Shown here: positions 9,657 through 19,742 of the stretch, one piece after another
Layout: each line of letters begins with the position of its first letter
Position numbering within the stretch: the first letter of the stretch is position 1
NCBI GenBank assembly: GCA_028279755.1
Contig: JANQNB010000023.1
Coordinates: 13,390-77,389, forward strand
Reading direction: 5' to 3'
DNA: 64,000 nucleotides
Source of the DNA: Candidatus Nanoarchaeia archaeon
GTDB taxonomy: Archaea > Nanobdellota > Nanobdellia > Woesearchaeales > UBA525
Program-made: the position numbers and the translations under genes
The notes under the pieces: generated by a model
Told to the model about the DNA's origin: nothing
Seen by the model: only the letters and a program-made list of their open reading frames with translations
The model's database searches: none

Positions 9657-10291
9657 TTGAACTCACCAATCACCGTCTCGCCATCGATCACCGTGTCGCC
9701 TTCCTTGATACGGAGCTTTGTCTTGTCAGGCAGCACGATGGCAACCTGGCTGCCGATGTTGATGAACCCAATAGGCTCGCCTTTTTCTACTTTTTGGTCC
9801 TTCTCCACATAGCACGAGATGCGCCGCGCCACCACGCCAGCGATCTGCACGATTTTGAAACGGCCGTGCATGGTTTTGAAGAGAATCTCGTTCTTCTCGT
9901 TCTCGAGCGTGATAAGGCGTGCTGGATCCTTGACTGCGTTGTGGAATGTTCCTTTGGTATATCGAGTGGCAACGACCGTTCCTGCTGCTGGTGCGCGTTG
10001 GTAATGGACATGCAAGGGCGTCATGACGATGAGCACAAACCAGCCCTTCTTGGCCACGTCCTCGGCGAGGAACTCGACACTGCCTGTGTTCCATTTCTTT
10101 GCCTTCACCTTCTTGGCGTTGAACTGCTTGACGACTGCAACAGTGCCATTAGCAGGACTCACAATCAATTTTGGGTTTTTGGGGATTGATCTGAGCGGTT
10201 GCCTGCAGAACCAGAGGCGCCAGAAGAGCAGGAGCGCGATGATGAGGAAGAGCAGGGCGTAAACGATACCGAGGAGGAGCGTCGAGGTCAT
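9653..10291 (-). CDS. psd: archaetidylserine/phosphatidylserine decarboxylase proenzyme-like
   Basis: N-terminal TM, then the PLHVHYQRAP region and a C-terminal GFINIGSQV segment (a G-S self-cleavage-type site). Overlaps neighbours by 4 nt on both sides. Confidence 0.65.
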   Translation of the reverse strand: MTSTLLLGIVYALLFLIIALLLFWRLWFCRQPLRSIPKNPKLIVSPANGTVAVVKQFNAKKVKAKKWNTGSVEFLAEDVAKKGWFVLIVMTPLHVHYQRAPAAGTVVATRYTKGTFHNAVKDPARLITLENEKNEILFKTMHGRFKIVQIAGVVARRISCYVEKDQKVEKGEPIGFINIGSQVAIVLPDKTKLRIKEGDTVIDGETVIGEFK

Positions 10292-12126
10292 GTGTGCTTC
10301 TTCAGGAGTTCCATGACCTGCTTTCCTGAAGCTTTGCCGCGCAGGCGTTTCATCGCCTCGCCCATGAGCGCGTTCACCGGCGCTTTCGGATCCGCCTTGA
10401 TTACGGCCTTGACGACCTTCTCGATCTCCTTGGTGTCGACTGCTTTGTACTTGGAAAAGTCAATCCTCTTCCCGTCAGCAAGGTGTGCGAGAAGTTCAAT
10501 GACTGCGTCTTTCGGAACAAGGCCTTCATTCACCTTGGCAAGAATCTCCTTGAGTTCCTTCTCCCTGCCAATGAGGTCGACGTCCTTCCCATACCTCTTC
10601 TTCAGTTCTTTCGGGGTGTCGAGCAGGGTCGTCGCGACAAAGACTGGCGAGAGCTGCGGGAATTCCTTCACGTACTCGTCGAATGGCCAGCCGTCATGCA
10701 GCAATTCTTTCGCATGTGCCGCGTTGATCTTGTACTTCTTGACCAGCGCAGCCTCCTGGTCTTTCAGGAGTTTCGGGACAACGATCTTTGCCTGGTCGAC
10801 GTGCACGCGGCGAATGTCGGTTTCCGGATACATGCGGGCCGCGCCAGGCATCGGGCGCAAATAACGGGTCGTGCCGTCAGGGTTCGCCTTGCGGACCTCG
10901 CCAGGGACGCCGTGCAGCAATTGCTCAAGCCGCGGAATCAGGACAAAGGCGAAGAACTCCTCGATCCGTGTCTTGTCGCCGAGCAGGAGGATGAAGGCAT
11001 CGCCTTTCTTCGCTTTCAGGGCTTTGCGTGCCGATGCGATTGCAGCGCTCGTGAATTTGTACTTTGCCAGTTTCTCGTCGCTGTGGATGATCCCGCCGAA
11101 GCCGAAGGCTTTCGCGTAGCCCGCGAGTTCAGTGCCGAGGCGATAGTCGGGGAAGAGCTCTGTGCCGAGCAGGCCTTCAAAGCCTGGGAGTGCGATGCCG
11201 ACGAGCGACGCTCCTTTCTTGATCCCGCTCGTGACGAACGGCGCTGCCTTGTCGAAGAATTTTGACACGTCGTGGGGCGCTGGCAGGAGGATCTCGGTGA
11301 TCGCGCGCTTCTTCAGCTCTTTCTTGATCTGCACCAGGCCGTGCTGGCGCAAGGCTTCATTCCTGACCCAATCAGGAACAAGTTTGAGGTCCTGCGCACC
11401 CTTGATCTCGACGCGTGCTCCTTCGGTGATCGACACATTGAGGTCTTGCCTGATCGTACCGAGCCCGCGCTTGCATTTCCCAGTGCTCCTGAGCAGCATG
11501 CCGATCTCCGCAGCCACGCGTTGTGCCTGCTCCGGAGAGGTGATGTCCGGCTCTGTGGCGATCTCTGCCAAGGGGATGCCAAGCCTGCTCAGGTTGTACA
11601 CGTCCTCGCTTGCCTTGCGCTCGATAATCTTGCACGCGTCTTCCTCCAGGCAGATCGTCTGGATCCTGACCGGCTCCTCAAGGAGCTTGCCGCCGAGCGC
11701 GACGAGCGCGGTGCGTTGAAATCCCGACGTGTTCGATCCGTCCACGACTGTCTTGCGCATGACATGGACCTCGTCGAGGATTTCTGCATTGACAAGCTTT
11801 GCCACTTGCAGCGTGGCGTCGAGCGCGGCAGGATTGAGCGGACTTGGGGGCTCTTCGTCAAGCTCGACAAGGCAGCACGTGTCATGATACCCGTGATAGC
11901 GGAAGCGTTTCGCCTTGATCTGTTCCGCAGCCGCTGCTGCATCGACCTCGCCAGTCTCGCCCGCGCTGGCGCGCAAGTACCGCGTCACCTGGAAGTCCGG
12001 CTCACCTTCATGGATGATGCACGGGCAGCGGCAGAAGAGCTTGCCAGTATCCAATTGCTGATGAATCTCGAGCCCGCATTTCAGGCCGAGCGATGAGATG
12101 TCGACACCCTTCCCCATAGCTTCCAC
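10288..12126 (-). CDS. gatE: glutamyl-tRNA(Gln) amidotransferase subunit E
   Basis: 612 aa. LKCGLEIHQQLDTGKLFCRCP is the archaeal GatE N-terminus, and the C-terminal tail is GatB/YqeY-like. Confidence 0.9.
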   Translation of the reverse strand: MEAMGKGVDISSLGLKCGLEIHQQLDTGKLFCRCPCIIHEGEPDFQVTRYLRASAGETGEVDAAAAAEQIKAKRFRYHGYHDTCCLVELDEEPPSPLNPAALDATLQVAKLVNAEILDEVHVMRKTVVDGSNTSGFQRTALVALGGKLLEEPVRIQTICLEEDACKIIERKASEDVYNLSRLGIPLAEIATEPDITSPEQAQRVAAEIGMLLRSTGKCKRGLGTIRQDLNVSITEGARVEIKGAQDLKLVPDWVRNEALRQHGLVQIKKELKKRAITEILLPAPHDVSKFFDKAAPFVTSGIKKGASLVGIALPGFEGLLGTELFPDYRLGTELAGYAKAFGFGGIIHSDEKLAKYKFTSAAIASARKALKAKKGDAFILLLGDKTRIEEFFAFVLIPRLEQLLHGVPGEVRKANPDGTTRYLRPMPGAARMYPETDIRRVHVDQAKIVVPKLLKDQEAALVKKYKINAAHAKELLHDGWPFDEYVKEFPQLSPVFVATTLLDTPKELKKRYGKDVDLIGREKELKEILAKVNEGLVPKDAVIELLAHLADGKRIDFSKYKAVDTKEIEKVVKAVIKADPKAPVNALMGEAMKRLRGKASGKQVMELLKKHT

Positions 12127-12149
12127 AATTAGAGGAGCGTTTATATGTT

Positions 12150-13514
12150 TTACTCAGCCCTGCGAGCATGGCCCTTTGTCGCGTCGAGCTTGATTGTATC
12201 GCCGTCTGCGAAGCTGACTGTTCCATTGAGCGTGCCAACGATGCATGGCTTCTTCAGCTCGCGTGAGATGATCGCAGCGTGGCACGTAACCCCGCCCTCG
12301 TCAGTGATGATGCCCACGCTTTTCTCGATCGCGGCGATATAGTCAGGCGTGGTCATAGTGGTGACGAGAATGCGACCAGGTTTCATCTTGTTCAGCTGTG
12401 CTTTGGTCTTGATCACACAAGCCGGAGCTTCGATTGTTCCCGGATAGCAGGACATGCCCCTCACTTCCTTGCTGGCTTTCGCAATCGGCAGGCCTTTCAA
12501 CAAGGATGCAGGAGGTGTTCCTGTATAGATGACCGTCTTGCCATTGACAAGATCATCGTTGTAATGCTCCATCCGTTCTTTGAGGTCGCTAGGGATCTGC
12601 TTGGCGTCGAGTTCCTCGATCGTGAAATACGGCATCTCCTCACTGCGCACGTCGAGCTGCTGTGCCATGGCTGCGAGCAAGGGCATGGAGCAATAGCCGA
12701 AGTGCGTGAGTGCGTCTTTCTTGTCAGTCCTGAGTGTAATGATGTCGCGGAGCACGGGAATCCAGGCTGACAACTCCTTGTCCACAGCATATTTCGCTGC
12801 TTCCTCTTCTGCTTTTGCCTCAAGCTCTTTAAGGTTTGCTTCAAACTCTGCAAGCGTTTTCTCTGGTTCCTTGATCTCCTTGATGCGCTGTCTGTAGAAC
12901 TCCTTTGTGAACGGCGTTCCCTTGAAATGGCGCATGTCTTGCCAGCAGAAACGCTCAGTGTGTTTTTCCAATCCTTCTTCTGAGAAATCGACCGCAAGCT
13001 TGTACAAGGACTCTTGTTCTGCAGTCGCCATGGTGTGCTTGGATGCCACTGCAAGCGTGGTGAAGGAGGTGTTGACATCCTTTGTGTGCTTCTTGAGCAG
13101 GGCCTTGATGCGTCGCTCGACTTCCTGGTCGATGCCATAGCCAAGCGGGTATATCTCAGCGAATACTGGATACGCAATGTCCAAGGCCTTGTGGAATTTC
13201 TCGAGTAACTCGGCATAAGAGAGCCCTGTCATCCTGTCTTGGCGCAGTTTTCTTGCATGTGCATAGAGCTTCTCAACATCTGCATAGAATTGCCTGACCA
13301 GGCCAGCGAAATATGTAACTGCTTGCTGTTTCAGGATTTCCGCAAAAGTCGCATGCTCGTCTTCATCAAGATAAATGCTGGCATCAACTGTCCGGCGATG
13401 GTGCACGCAGAAATCCAGATCCAACAGCTTGCGCATAGGCTCACCCCATGAGTAGTTCAGCAAACTGCTCCAGAGTGGTGTATGCTCTCGTACAACTCCT
13501 TTTTCCCACTTCAC
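12150..13514 (-). CDS. PEP-utilising mobile-domain protein, paralogue 2
   Basis: C-terminal CYPGTIEAPACVI...ILVTTMTTPDYIAAIEKSVGIITDEGGVTCHAAIISRELKKPCIVG. Proposed start is GTG 13514 (MKWEKG...), about 28 nt downstream of AAATATAAAA; ATG 13436 is the alternative. The remainder of the 774-aa track ORF is antisense to cdc48. Confidence 0.7.
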   Translation of the reverse strand: MKWEKGVVREHTPLWSSLLNYSWGEPMRKLLDLDFCVHHRRTVDASIYLDEDEHATFAEILKQQAVTYFAGLVRQFYADVEKLYAHARKLRQDRMTGLSYAELLEKFHKALDIAYPVFAEIYPLGYGIDQEVERRIKALLKKHTKDVNTSFTTLAVASKHTMATAEQESLYKLAVDFSEEGLEKHTERFCWQDMRHFKGTPFTKEFYRQRIKEIKEPEKTLAEFEANLKELEAKAEEEAAKYAVDKELSAWIPVLRDIITLRTDKKDALTHFGYCSMPLLAAMAQQLDVRSEEMPYFTIEELDAKQIPSDLKERMEHYNDDLVNGKTVIYTGTPPASLLKGLPIAKASKEVRGMSCYPGTIEAPACVIKTKAQLNKMKPGRILVTTMTTPDYIAAIEKSVGIITDEGGVTCHAAIISRELKKPCIVGTLNGTVSFADGDTIKLDATKGHARRAE

Positions 13515-13620
13515 CAGGTTTTGGAGAATGCTGTGCGTTTTATATTTTTCTTCGTCGAGAAGCCAGCGTAAACCTTTTAAACCGCCTGGAAATACGGCGC
13601 AGTAACGCTGGTGGTAAGAA

Positions 13621-15918
13621 ATGACTGTTCCTGAAGTGAAACTCAAGGTCGCGGAAGCGATCCAAGACGACGTCAACAAAGGTATCGTCAGGCTCGATTC
13701 CGGGTATATGCGCGAGCTTGACATCAGGCCCGGCAATATTGTCGAGATCAATGGCGAGCGCGGCACTGTCGCGATCGCTGATCGCTCCTTGCCTGGCGAC
13801 ATCGGCCTGAACATCATCCGCATGGACGGCCTGATCAGAAGGAATGCGCGCACGACGATCGGCGAACAGGTCAAGGTGAAGAAAGCCGAGGTGCACGAGG
13901 CGAAGAAAGTCACGATCGCACCTGCCAGAAGCGGCATCATGATCAGAGCGAATCCGCAGATCTTCAAGCGCGGCCTTCTGGGACGAGCAGTCCTGAAAGG
14001 CGACATTGTCGGGCTCGGCGGCACGAAGCGACGAAAGAGCGCGATGAGCGACAACCCCTTCTTCAGCGACATGGACCTCTTCTCAAGCATGATCAACGAA
14101 TCGTTCACCTTCGGGCTCGGCGACCTGAAGTTCGTGGTGGTCGATGTCCAGCCTGCGAAGAAAGCAGTGCTCGTGACTGAGCACACGGACGTGGTCTTCA
14201 ATCCTGAAGCAGTCGAGCTGAAAGACGAGGAGAGCGCGATCGACGTCTCGTACGAGGACATCGGCGGCCTGGACGAAGAGCTGGCGAAAGTGCGCGAGAT
14301 GGTCGAGCTGCCACTGAAGCATCCGGAGATCTTCGAACGCCTCGGGATAGAACCGCCGAAAGGCGTGCTCTTGCACGGCCCGCCAGGCACAGGAAAGACC
14401 CTGCTGGCGAAAGCTGTCGCGAACGAGACCCAGAGCAACTTCTTACTGATCAACGGCCCGGAAATCATGAGCAAGTATTACGGCCAGAGCGAAGAGAATT
14501 TGCGCAAGAAGTTCGAAGAAGCGGAGAAGAACGCGCCTTCCATCATCTTTATCGATGAGATCGACGCGATCGCGAGCAAGCGCGAGGAGAGCAAGGGTGA
14601 AGTCGAGCGGCGCGTAGTTGCGCAACTCTTGGCGATCATGGACGGCTTGAAATCGCGCGGCAAGGTCGTTGTCATCGCCGCGACAAACATCCCGAACCAA
14701 CTCGATCCTGCATTGCGGCGACCTGGACGGTTCGACCGCGAGATCGAAATAGGTGTGCCAGGCGTTGCCGGCAGGCTCAATATCCTTAAGATCCACACGC
14801 GCAACATGCCCTTGGACGACAAAGTCAACCTGAAACGATTGTCTGAAGTCACGCACGGCTTTGTGGGCGCCGACCTGTCCAGCCTTGCGAAAGAAGCGGC
14901 GATGATCGTGCTTCGGCGCGCGCTGCCTGACCTGAACCTGAAGGAAGACGAAGAGATCCCGAAGGAAGTCCTGGAGAAGCTCTTCATCAAGCAGCAGGAT
15001 TTCGTTGACGCGCTCAAGGTTGTGCGTCCGAGCGCGATGCGCGAAGTCCTCGTGCAGGTGCCTGACGTGAAATGGACTGACATCGGCGGCCTGGACGACG
15101 TGAAACAAGAACTTGTCGAAGCTGTCGAATGGCCATTGAAGCATAAGAGCGCGTTCACCCGCTTGGGTGTGAAACCGCCGAAAGGCGTGTTATTGTACGG
15201 GCCGCCAGGCACAGGCAAGACGCTCTTGGCAAAAGCTGTCGCGAACGAAAGCGAGGCAAACTTCATCCTGGTGAAAGGCCCAGAGATGCTGAGCAAATGG
15301 GTCGGCGAGAGCGAGAAGGCGGTGCGCAAGATCTTCGAGAAAGCAAGGCAGACAAGCCCAAGTATTATCTTCTTCGACGAGATTGATAGCATTGCGCCAC
15401 GCCGCGGGCTCGGCGGCAACGAGAACAACAATGTTGCAGAGCGTGTTGTCAATCAATTGCTGACTGAGATGGACGGCTTGCAGGAGCTGCAGGACATCGT
15501 CATTGTAGCAGCAACGAATCGGCCAGACATCATCGACACCGCCTTGCTGCGGCCTGGACGCTTCGATAGGATCATCCTCGCGCCGGTGCCGGACAAGCCG
15601 ACACGGAAGAAGATCTTCGACGTGCACACCAAGGACATGAAGCTGGGCAAGGACGTGAATATCAGCGCGATGGCTGAGCGAACAGACGGCTATGTCGGCG
15701 CTGACATCGAAGCGGTATGCAGGGAAGCAGCGATCATGGCGCTCCGGAAGGACATCAAGGCGAAGAATGTCGGCATGGACTTCTTCGAGGAAGCCCTGAA
15801 CAAGGTGCGCCCGAGCACCACGAAGGAGATCGAGGACAGCTATAAAGAGCTCGAGAGCCACTTCCGGACCGCGCAAGGCGCGCGCATGAAAGACGAGAAG
15901 CCGAGCTATTATGGATAA
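13621..15918 (+). CDS. cdc48: Cdc48/VCP-type AAA+ ATPase (two AAA domains)
   Basis: 765 aa with a double-psi-barrel-like N-domain and two [17 protein letters not shown] Walker A modules with DEID Walker B. Confidence 0.92.
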   Translation: MTVPEVKLKVAEAIQDDVNKGIVRLDSGYMRELDIRPGNIVEINGERGTVAIADRSLPGDIGLNIIRMDGLIRRNARTTIGEQVKVKKAEVHEAKKVTIAPARSGIMIRANPQIFKRGLLGRAVLKGDIVGLGGTKRRKSAMSDNPFFSDMDLFSSMINESFTFGLGDLKFVVVDVQPAKKAVLVTEHTDVVFNPEAVELKDEESAIDVSYEDIGGLDEELAKVREMVELPLKHPEIFERLGIEPPKGVLLHGPPGTGKTLLAKAVANETQSNFLLINGPEIMSKYYGQSEENLRKKFEEAEKNAPSIIFIDEIDAIASKREESKGEVERRVVAQLLAIMDGLKSRGKVVVIAATNIPNQLDPALRRPGRFDREIEIGVPGVAGRLNILKIHTRNMPLDDKVNLKRLSEVTHGFVGADLSSLAKEAAMIVLRRALPDLNLKEDEEIPKEVLEKLFIKQQDFVDALKVVRPSAMREVLVQVPDVKWTDIGGLDDVKQELVEAVEWPLKHKSAFTRLGVKPPKGVLLYGPPGTGKTLLAKAVANESEANFILVKGPEMLSKWVGESEKAVRKIFEKARQTSPSIIFFDEIDSIAPRRGLGGNENNNVAERVVNQLLTEMDGLQELQDIVIVAATNRPDIIDTALLRPGRFDRIILAPVPDKPTRKKIFDVHTKDMKLGKDVNISAMAERTDGYVGADIEAVCREAAIMALRKDIKAKNVGMDFFEEALNKVRPSTTKEIEDSYKELESHFRTAQGARMKDEKPSYYG

Positions 15919-16028
15919 ACCTTTTCAGAATTCTTCATTATATAAAGGTAACAAAGCAGAAGATATAAAAAGCGGGAGGTCCTCCGTGCAGGAAAAGGGG
16001 GGAGCACCATTATCCGGGGTGGTATGCG

Positions 16029-17051
16029 ATGAAAAAGATACTGATGATTCTCGCGGCTCTTGCTGCGATTATGGCCTTGAGCCTGGCTGCTGTGGCGTTC
16101 GAGAACCACGTGCGCTGGAACAACCAACTGGACGAGTGCGTCTACTTCTACGTCAACGCAGAAGGAGACAGCCAGAGCTGCTATGTGCCAGAAGAGAACT
16201 GTGAAGGACAGAGCGTGCGCGACATCAATAAGGACGTTGATGCCAGCACGTGCTATTACATCCCGCGCAAGGAGCAGGCACGGATCGCTGCGTCGACCGA
16301 ATGCGAAGAGTTTGTCGAAGGCGACCTGATCGTGCTCCAGTATGACGGGAACGATCCTGACGGGGACGATCTTACCTATACCTTCGGCGAGCCGTTCGAC
16401 GAGGAGCAGGAATGGCAGACCGAGCGGGGCGACGCTGGCGAGTACAATGTCCGCGTGACTGTGAACGACGGCGACCTCAGCGATGAAGCAGTCGTGTGCT
16501 TCCGCATCCTGCCTGGCAACCACCCGCCAGTCCTGACCGTCGATAGCGTGGCAGTCAACGAAGGCGACACTGTGCGTCTGCAACCGGAATGCACTGACGA
16601 GGACGGCGACGCAGTTCGCTTGACGTATGCCGGCTGGATGACCAGCAGCAGCAAGCAGACAGGCTACGACGACGCAGGCACCTACCAGGTGACCGTCATC
16701 TGCACTGACACTGAGGGAGAATCTGACCAGGAGACGGTGAGCATCACTGTTGAGGACGTGAATCGCGCACCAGTGCTTGATGTCGGCTCTGAAGATGTCG
16801 AAGTGGTCGAGACCGAGCTTGTGCGGCTGAAGCCGACCTGCACAGACCTTGAAGGCGGCGCGGTCACGATCGCGTACAGCGGCGACATGGACCAAGCGAC
16901 CTGGCAGACCGGCTACGACGATGCTGGCGTGTACAGCGTCACCGTCACGTGCGCTGACGAGACAGATATGGAAGCGAGCGAGCTCGTCACTGTGACTGTG
17001 CTGGACAAGAACCGGCCGCCGATGATCACCGCCATGGTGGTCAAGGGCTAG
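16029..17051 (+). CDS. secreted protein with three tandem cadherin/PKD-like Ig repeats
   Basis: Signal peptide MKKILMILAALAAIMALSLAAVA. Three repeats of about 85 aa each end in N(H/R)(P/A)PV(L/M) and contain TGYDDAG(T/V)Y.VTV.C.D. Confidence 0.7.
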   Translation: MKKILMILAALAAIMALSLAAVAFENHVRWNNQLDECVYFYVNAEGDSQSCYVPEENCEGQSVRDINKDVDASTCYYIPRKEQARIAASTECEEFVEGDLIVLQYDGNDPDGDDLTYTFGEPFDEEQEWQTERGDAGEYNVRVTVNDGDLSDEAVVCFRILPGNHPPVLTVDSVAVNEGDTVRLQPECTDEDGDAVRLTYAGWMTSSSKQTGYDDAGTYQVTVICTDTEGESDQETVSITVEDVNRAPVLDVGSEDVEVVETELVRLKPTCTDLEGGAVTIAYSGDMDQATWQTGYDDAGVYSVTVTCADETDMEASELVTVTVLDKNRPPMITAMVVKG

Positions 17052-17092
17052 ATCCAAAACGCTTTTAATTCCTTTTCTTCTTCTCATTCTTC

Positions 17093-17440
17093 ATGGATCC
17101 TGTCGTGAAGATCCTGGTCAGCGTTCCGAAGCAGGATGAGGAGAAAGTACGCTTGGCACTCGGCAAGGCTGGCGCTGGCAAGATCGGGAATTACTCCTAT
17201 TGCAGCTATGTGACAGCTGGCACCGGCCACTTCCTCCCGCTCGAAGGCACGAACCCGCATATCGGGAAGCAAGGCGAAATCGCAGACGTCGACGAGGTAC
17301 AGATCCAGACTGTGTGCTACAAGAAAGATCTTCCTGTCGTGCTCAAGGCGATGCGCGACGCGCACCCGTACGAGGAGATCGCGTACGACATCATCCCCTT
17401 GCTCAACCACGAATATGACACATATGTCGGGAAGAAATAG
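17093..17440 (+). CDS. NIF3-insert/YqfO-like small protein (COG3323-type, PII-like fold)
   Basis: 115 aa; VKILVSVP...LGKAGAGKIGNYSYCSY...GTGHF...HPYEEIAYDIIPL resembles this family. Confidence 0.5.
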   Translation: MDPVVKILVSVPKQDEEKVRLALGKAGAGKIGNYSYCSYVTAGTGHFLPLEGTNPHIGKQGEIADVDEVQIQTVCYKKDLPVVLKAMRDAHPYEEIAYDIIPLLNHEYDTYVGKK

Positions 17441-17505
17441 CTGCCTAAAGCAAATTTTTATAAATTCTCTGAGCATGTTTTTGCTCACAAGCGGGGTGCA
17501 GGATC

Positions 17506-17898
17506 ATGGGTTTGAAACGGACTGTACGGAAAACCAGGAAGAAGGTGGTAAAGTTGGCGAAGAACAAGAAAGTCGTGAAACGCGTCGCCATCGGCGCAGC
17601 GGTTGCGGCGGCAGTCGCGGCAAGCGTCGCTGGCTATAAGTACGCAAAGAAGAAAGGCCTTGACAGGAAGGCGAAAGCAGCGGTCAAGAAGGAGATCGTG
17701 AAGCTCGAGAAAGCCATCAAGAAGACGGCTGTCAGTGCGGAGAAGCGCTTCAAGAAGGCGATGGACCGCGAGCACAAGAAGCATAAGCCGAAGAAAGCGA
17801 CGAAAAAGAAGGCTGTGAAGCGAAAGACCGCCAAGAGAAAGACAACCAAGCGGAAGACCGCTAAGCGAAAAACCACGAGGCGGCGACGCCGAAGGTAA
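17506..17898 (+). CDS. highly basic Lys/Arg-rich protein with one hydrophobic segment
   Basis: 130 aa and extremely K/R-rich, with AIGAAVAAAVAASVAGY in the middle and a C-terminal (KRKT[AT])x4 followed by RRRRRR. Confidence 0.55.
   Translation: MGLKRTVRKTRKKVVKLAKNKKVVKRVAIGAAVAAAVAASVAGYKYAKKKGLDRKAKAAVKKEIVKLEKAIKKTAVSAEKRFKKAMDREHKKHKPKKATKKKAVKRKTAKRKTTKRKTAKRKTTRRRRRR
17818..17877 (+). repeat. four imperfect 15-nt tandem repeats encoding KRKTA/KRKTT
   Basis: aagcgaaagaccgcc / aagagaaagacaacc / aagcggaagaccgct / aagcgaaaaaccacg. Confidence 0.7.
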
Positions 17899-17933
17899 AA
17901 AGTTTTAAACCCCTTCCCACTTTTTCTCTCCTT

Positions 17934-19229
17934 ATGAAAGCGCGTATCGGACAGCACATCAGCTTCTCCTACAAAGGCAAGCAACTCCACGGCATGGTGC
18001 TCAACGACGAGAAGGGCAAGTTCGTGCTCAAGCTCGACAGCGGGTATAACATGACAGTCGGGCCTGACCAGCTCAAGGAAGTCAAGGAGCTCAAAGTCTT
18101 GCCGAAGCAACGAGAGGCGAGAACCCAGAAGAAGCAAGCCAGCGGGCTGCCGAAAGTCGCGCTGCTCCATACCGGAGGCACGGTCGCGAGCCGTGTCGAT
18201 TACGAGACTGGGGCAGTCATCGCGCAATACACTGCCGAGGAAATCCTCGACCTCTATCCTGAACTGCTCGAGATCGCGGATATCAAGAGCGAGCTGATCA
18301 GCAATATGTTCAGCGAGATGATGCGCTTCGGACATTGGAACGTCTTGGCACGGGCTGTGGACAAGGCAGTCAAGGATGGCGCCCAGGGAGTGATCATCAC
18401 GCACGGCACTGACATCCTGCACATGACAAGCGCCGCGCTGTCCTTCGCGCTCGAGAACTGTCCTGTTCCGGTCTTGCTTGTCGGCAGCCAGCGTTCGAGC
18501 GATCGGCCGAGTAGCGACGCGGTCACCAACCTGCTCTGCGCAGTCCAGTTCATCGCAAAGGAGAAATTCACAGGCGTGGCCCTGTGCATGCACGAAGGGA
18601 TCGAAAAGGACGACTGCGTCGTCTTCCCTGCGTGCCGCGTGCGCAAGATGCACACTTCTCGTCGTGACGCATTCAAAGCGATCAACGACACACCTTTTGC
18701 TCGTGTCCACTATCCCTCGCTGAAAGTGGAGCGCTTGCGCGTGTGTCCAGCAGACGCGTCCGGCAGGTTCGCAGTGCGGGAATTTAACGAGAAACTCAAG
18801 ATCGGCCTGTTGCAGATCCATCCGCATTTCTCGGTCGAGGAGTTGAAAGCGTACGAAAAGTTCGACGGTCTCGTACTCAGTCTCACAGGCTTGGGTCATG
18901 CGCCGACCATGGCGACTGACGAATACAACAAGGAGAATGCAAAGATCTACGACGAGCTCAAGCTCTTGGCGAAGAAGATGCCCGTCGTGGGAGCGCCGCA
19001 GACGATCTATGGACGGGTGAACATGAATGTGTACTCGTCAGGCACGCAATTAATAGGCGCGGGCGTGCTTGGCCAGGACTGCGATGCCACGCCTGAAACC
19101 GCGTTCGTCAAGCTCGCCTGGCTGCTCAGCAATTACGATAAGAAGGAAGTCCGCAAATTGTATGGCGAGAATCTGCGCGGCGAGTTCTCAGCACGGAGCG
19201 AGGAAGACGGCTTCGCAACGCCGGAATAG
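17934..19229 (+). CDS. gatD: glutamyl-tRNA(Gln) amidotransferase subunit D
   Basis: 431 aa. The asparaginase-type core has LLHTGGTVASRVDYETGAV and HGTDIL motifs behind a GatD-type N-terminal extension. Confidence 0.88.
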   Translation: MKARIGQHISFSYKGKQLHGMVLNDEKGKFVLKLDSGYNMTVGPDQLKEVKELKVLPKQREARTQKKQASGLPKVALLHTGGTVASRVDYETGAVIAQYTAEEILDLYPELLEIADIKSELISNMFSEMMRFGHWNVLARAVDKAVKDGAQGVIITHGTDILHMTSAALSFALENCPVPVLLVGSQRSSDRPSSDAVTNLLCAVQFIAKEKFTGVALCMHEGIEKDDCVVFPACRVRKMHTSRRDAFKAINDTPFARVHYPSLKVERLRVCPADASGRFAVREFNEKLKIGLLQIHPHFSVEELKAYEKFDGLVLSLTGLGHAPTMATDEYNKENAKIYDELKLLAKKMPVVGAPQTIYGRVNMNVYSSGTQLIGAGVLGQDCDATPETAFVKLAWLLSNYDKKEVRKLYGENLRGEFSARSEEDGFATPE

Positions 19230-19240
19230 ATAGAAAGTGT

Positions 19241-19687
19241 TTACTTCTTTTTCTTTGCTGGCTTAGCAGGCTTCTTCTCCGGCTGCTGCACATTCACCTT
19301 TGGCAAAGGCACCGGCGCCGGCAAGCCGAGATCGCGAGCTGTGAGGAGCGCCTGGATGTTCGTGCGCTCGAGCACGTGATTGAGCACGTTCGGCATCATC
19401 TCCTTCGGCAAGCGCTTGTTCTTCTTCCACTCAGCCATCACGCCTTCAGCTGTCTTCGCGTTCTCGAGCACGACAACGTCACCCTCGAACGTGAGGTTGC
19501 CCAGCTCCGGACTGAACCGCGTCTCAAAGAGGAAATGGATCTTCAGGCCTTTCTTGCCCTGTCCCATGCTCAGGTTCGCGTCCTGGACATCCTTGATCGC
19601 CACATTATTGTTGATCTTCACCTTGCCCCGGGCAGGACCCTTCTTCTCGCCCAGGATCTTGGTAAATCCGAAACCAACGATAACCAT
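19241..19687 (-). CDS. hypothetical protein with Lys-rich C-terminal tail
   Basis: 148-aa ORF of good coding composition with no recognisable motif. Confidence 0.5.
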   Translation of the reverse strand: MVIVGFGFTKILGEKKGPARGKVKINNNVAIKDVQDANLSMGQGKKGLKIHFLFETRFSPELGNLTFEGDVVVLENAKTAEGVMAEWKKNKRLPKEMMPNVLNHVLERTNIQALLTARDLGLPAPVPLPKVNVQQPEKKPAKPAKKKK

Positions 19688-19742
19688 TGAATATCACCTG
19701 TGTGTGTAGTGGCTGGGCAGAATCGAGGGGGTTATTTAAAGC

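Noticed and set aside
12150-14474. 774-aa reverse-strand ORF in the track
   Set aside because: Only the C-terminal ~455 codons (12150-13514) resemble the other swivel-domain paralogues. The N-terminal ~320 codons are Ser/Pro/Arg-rich, lie antisense to the well-supported cdc48 gene, and would run across the divergent promoter.
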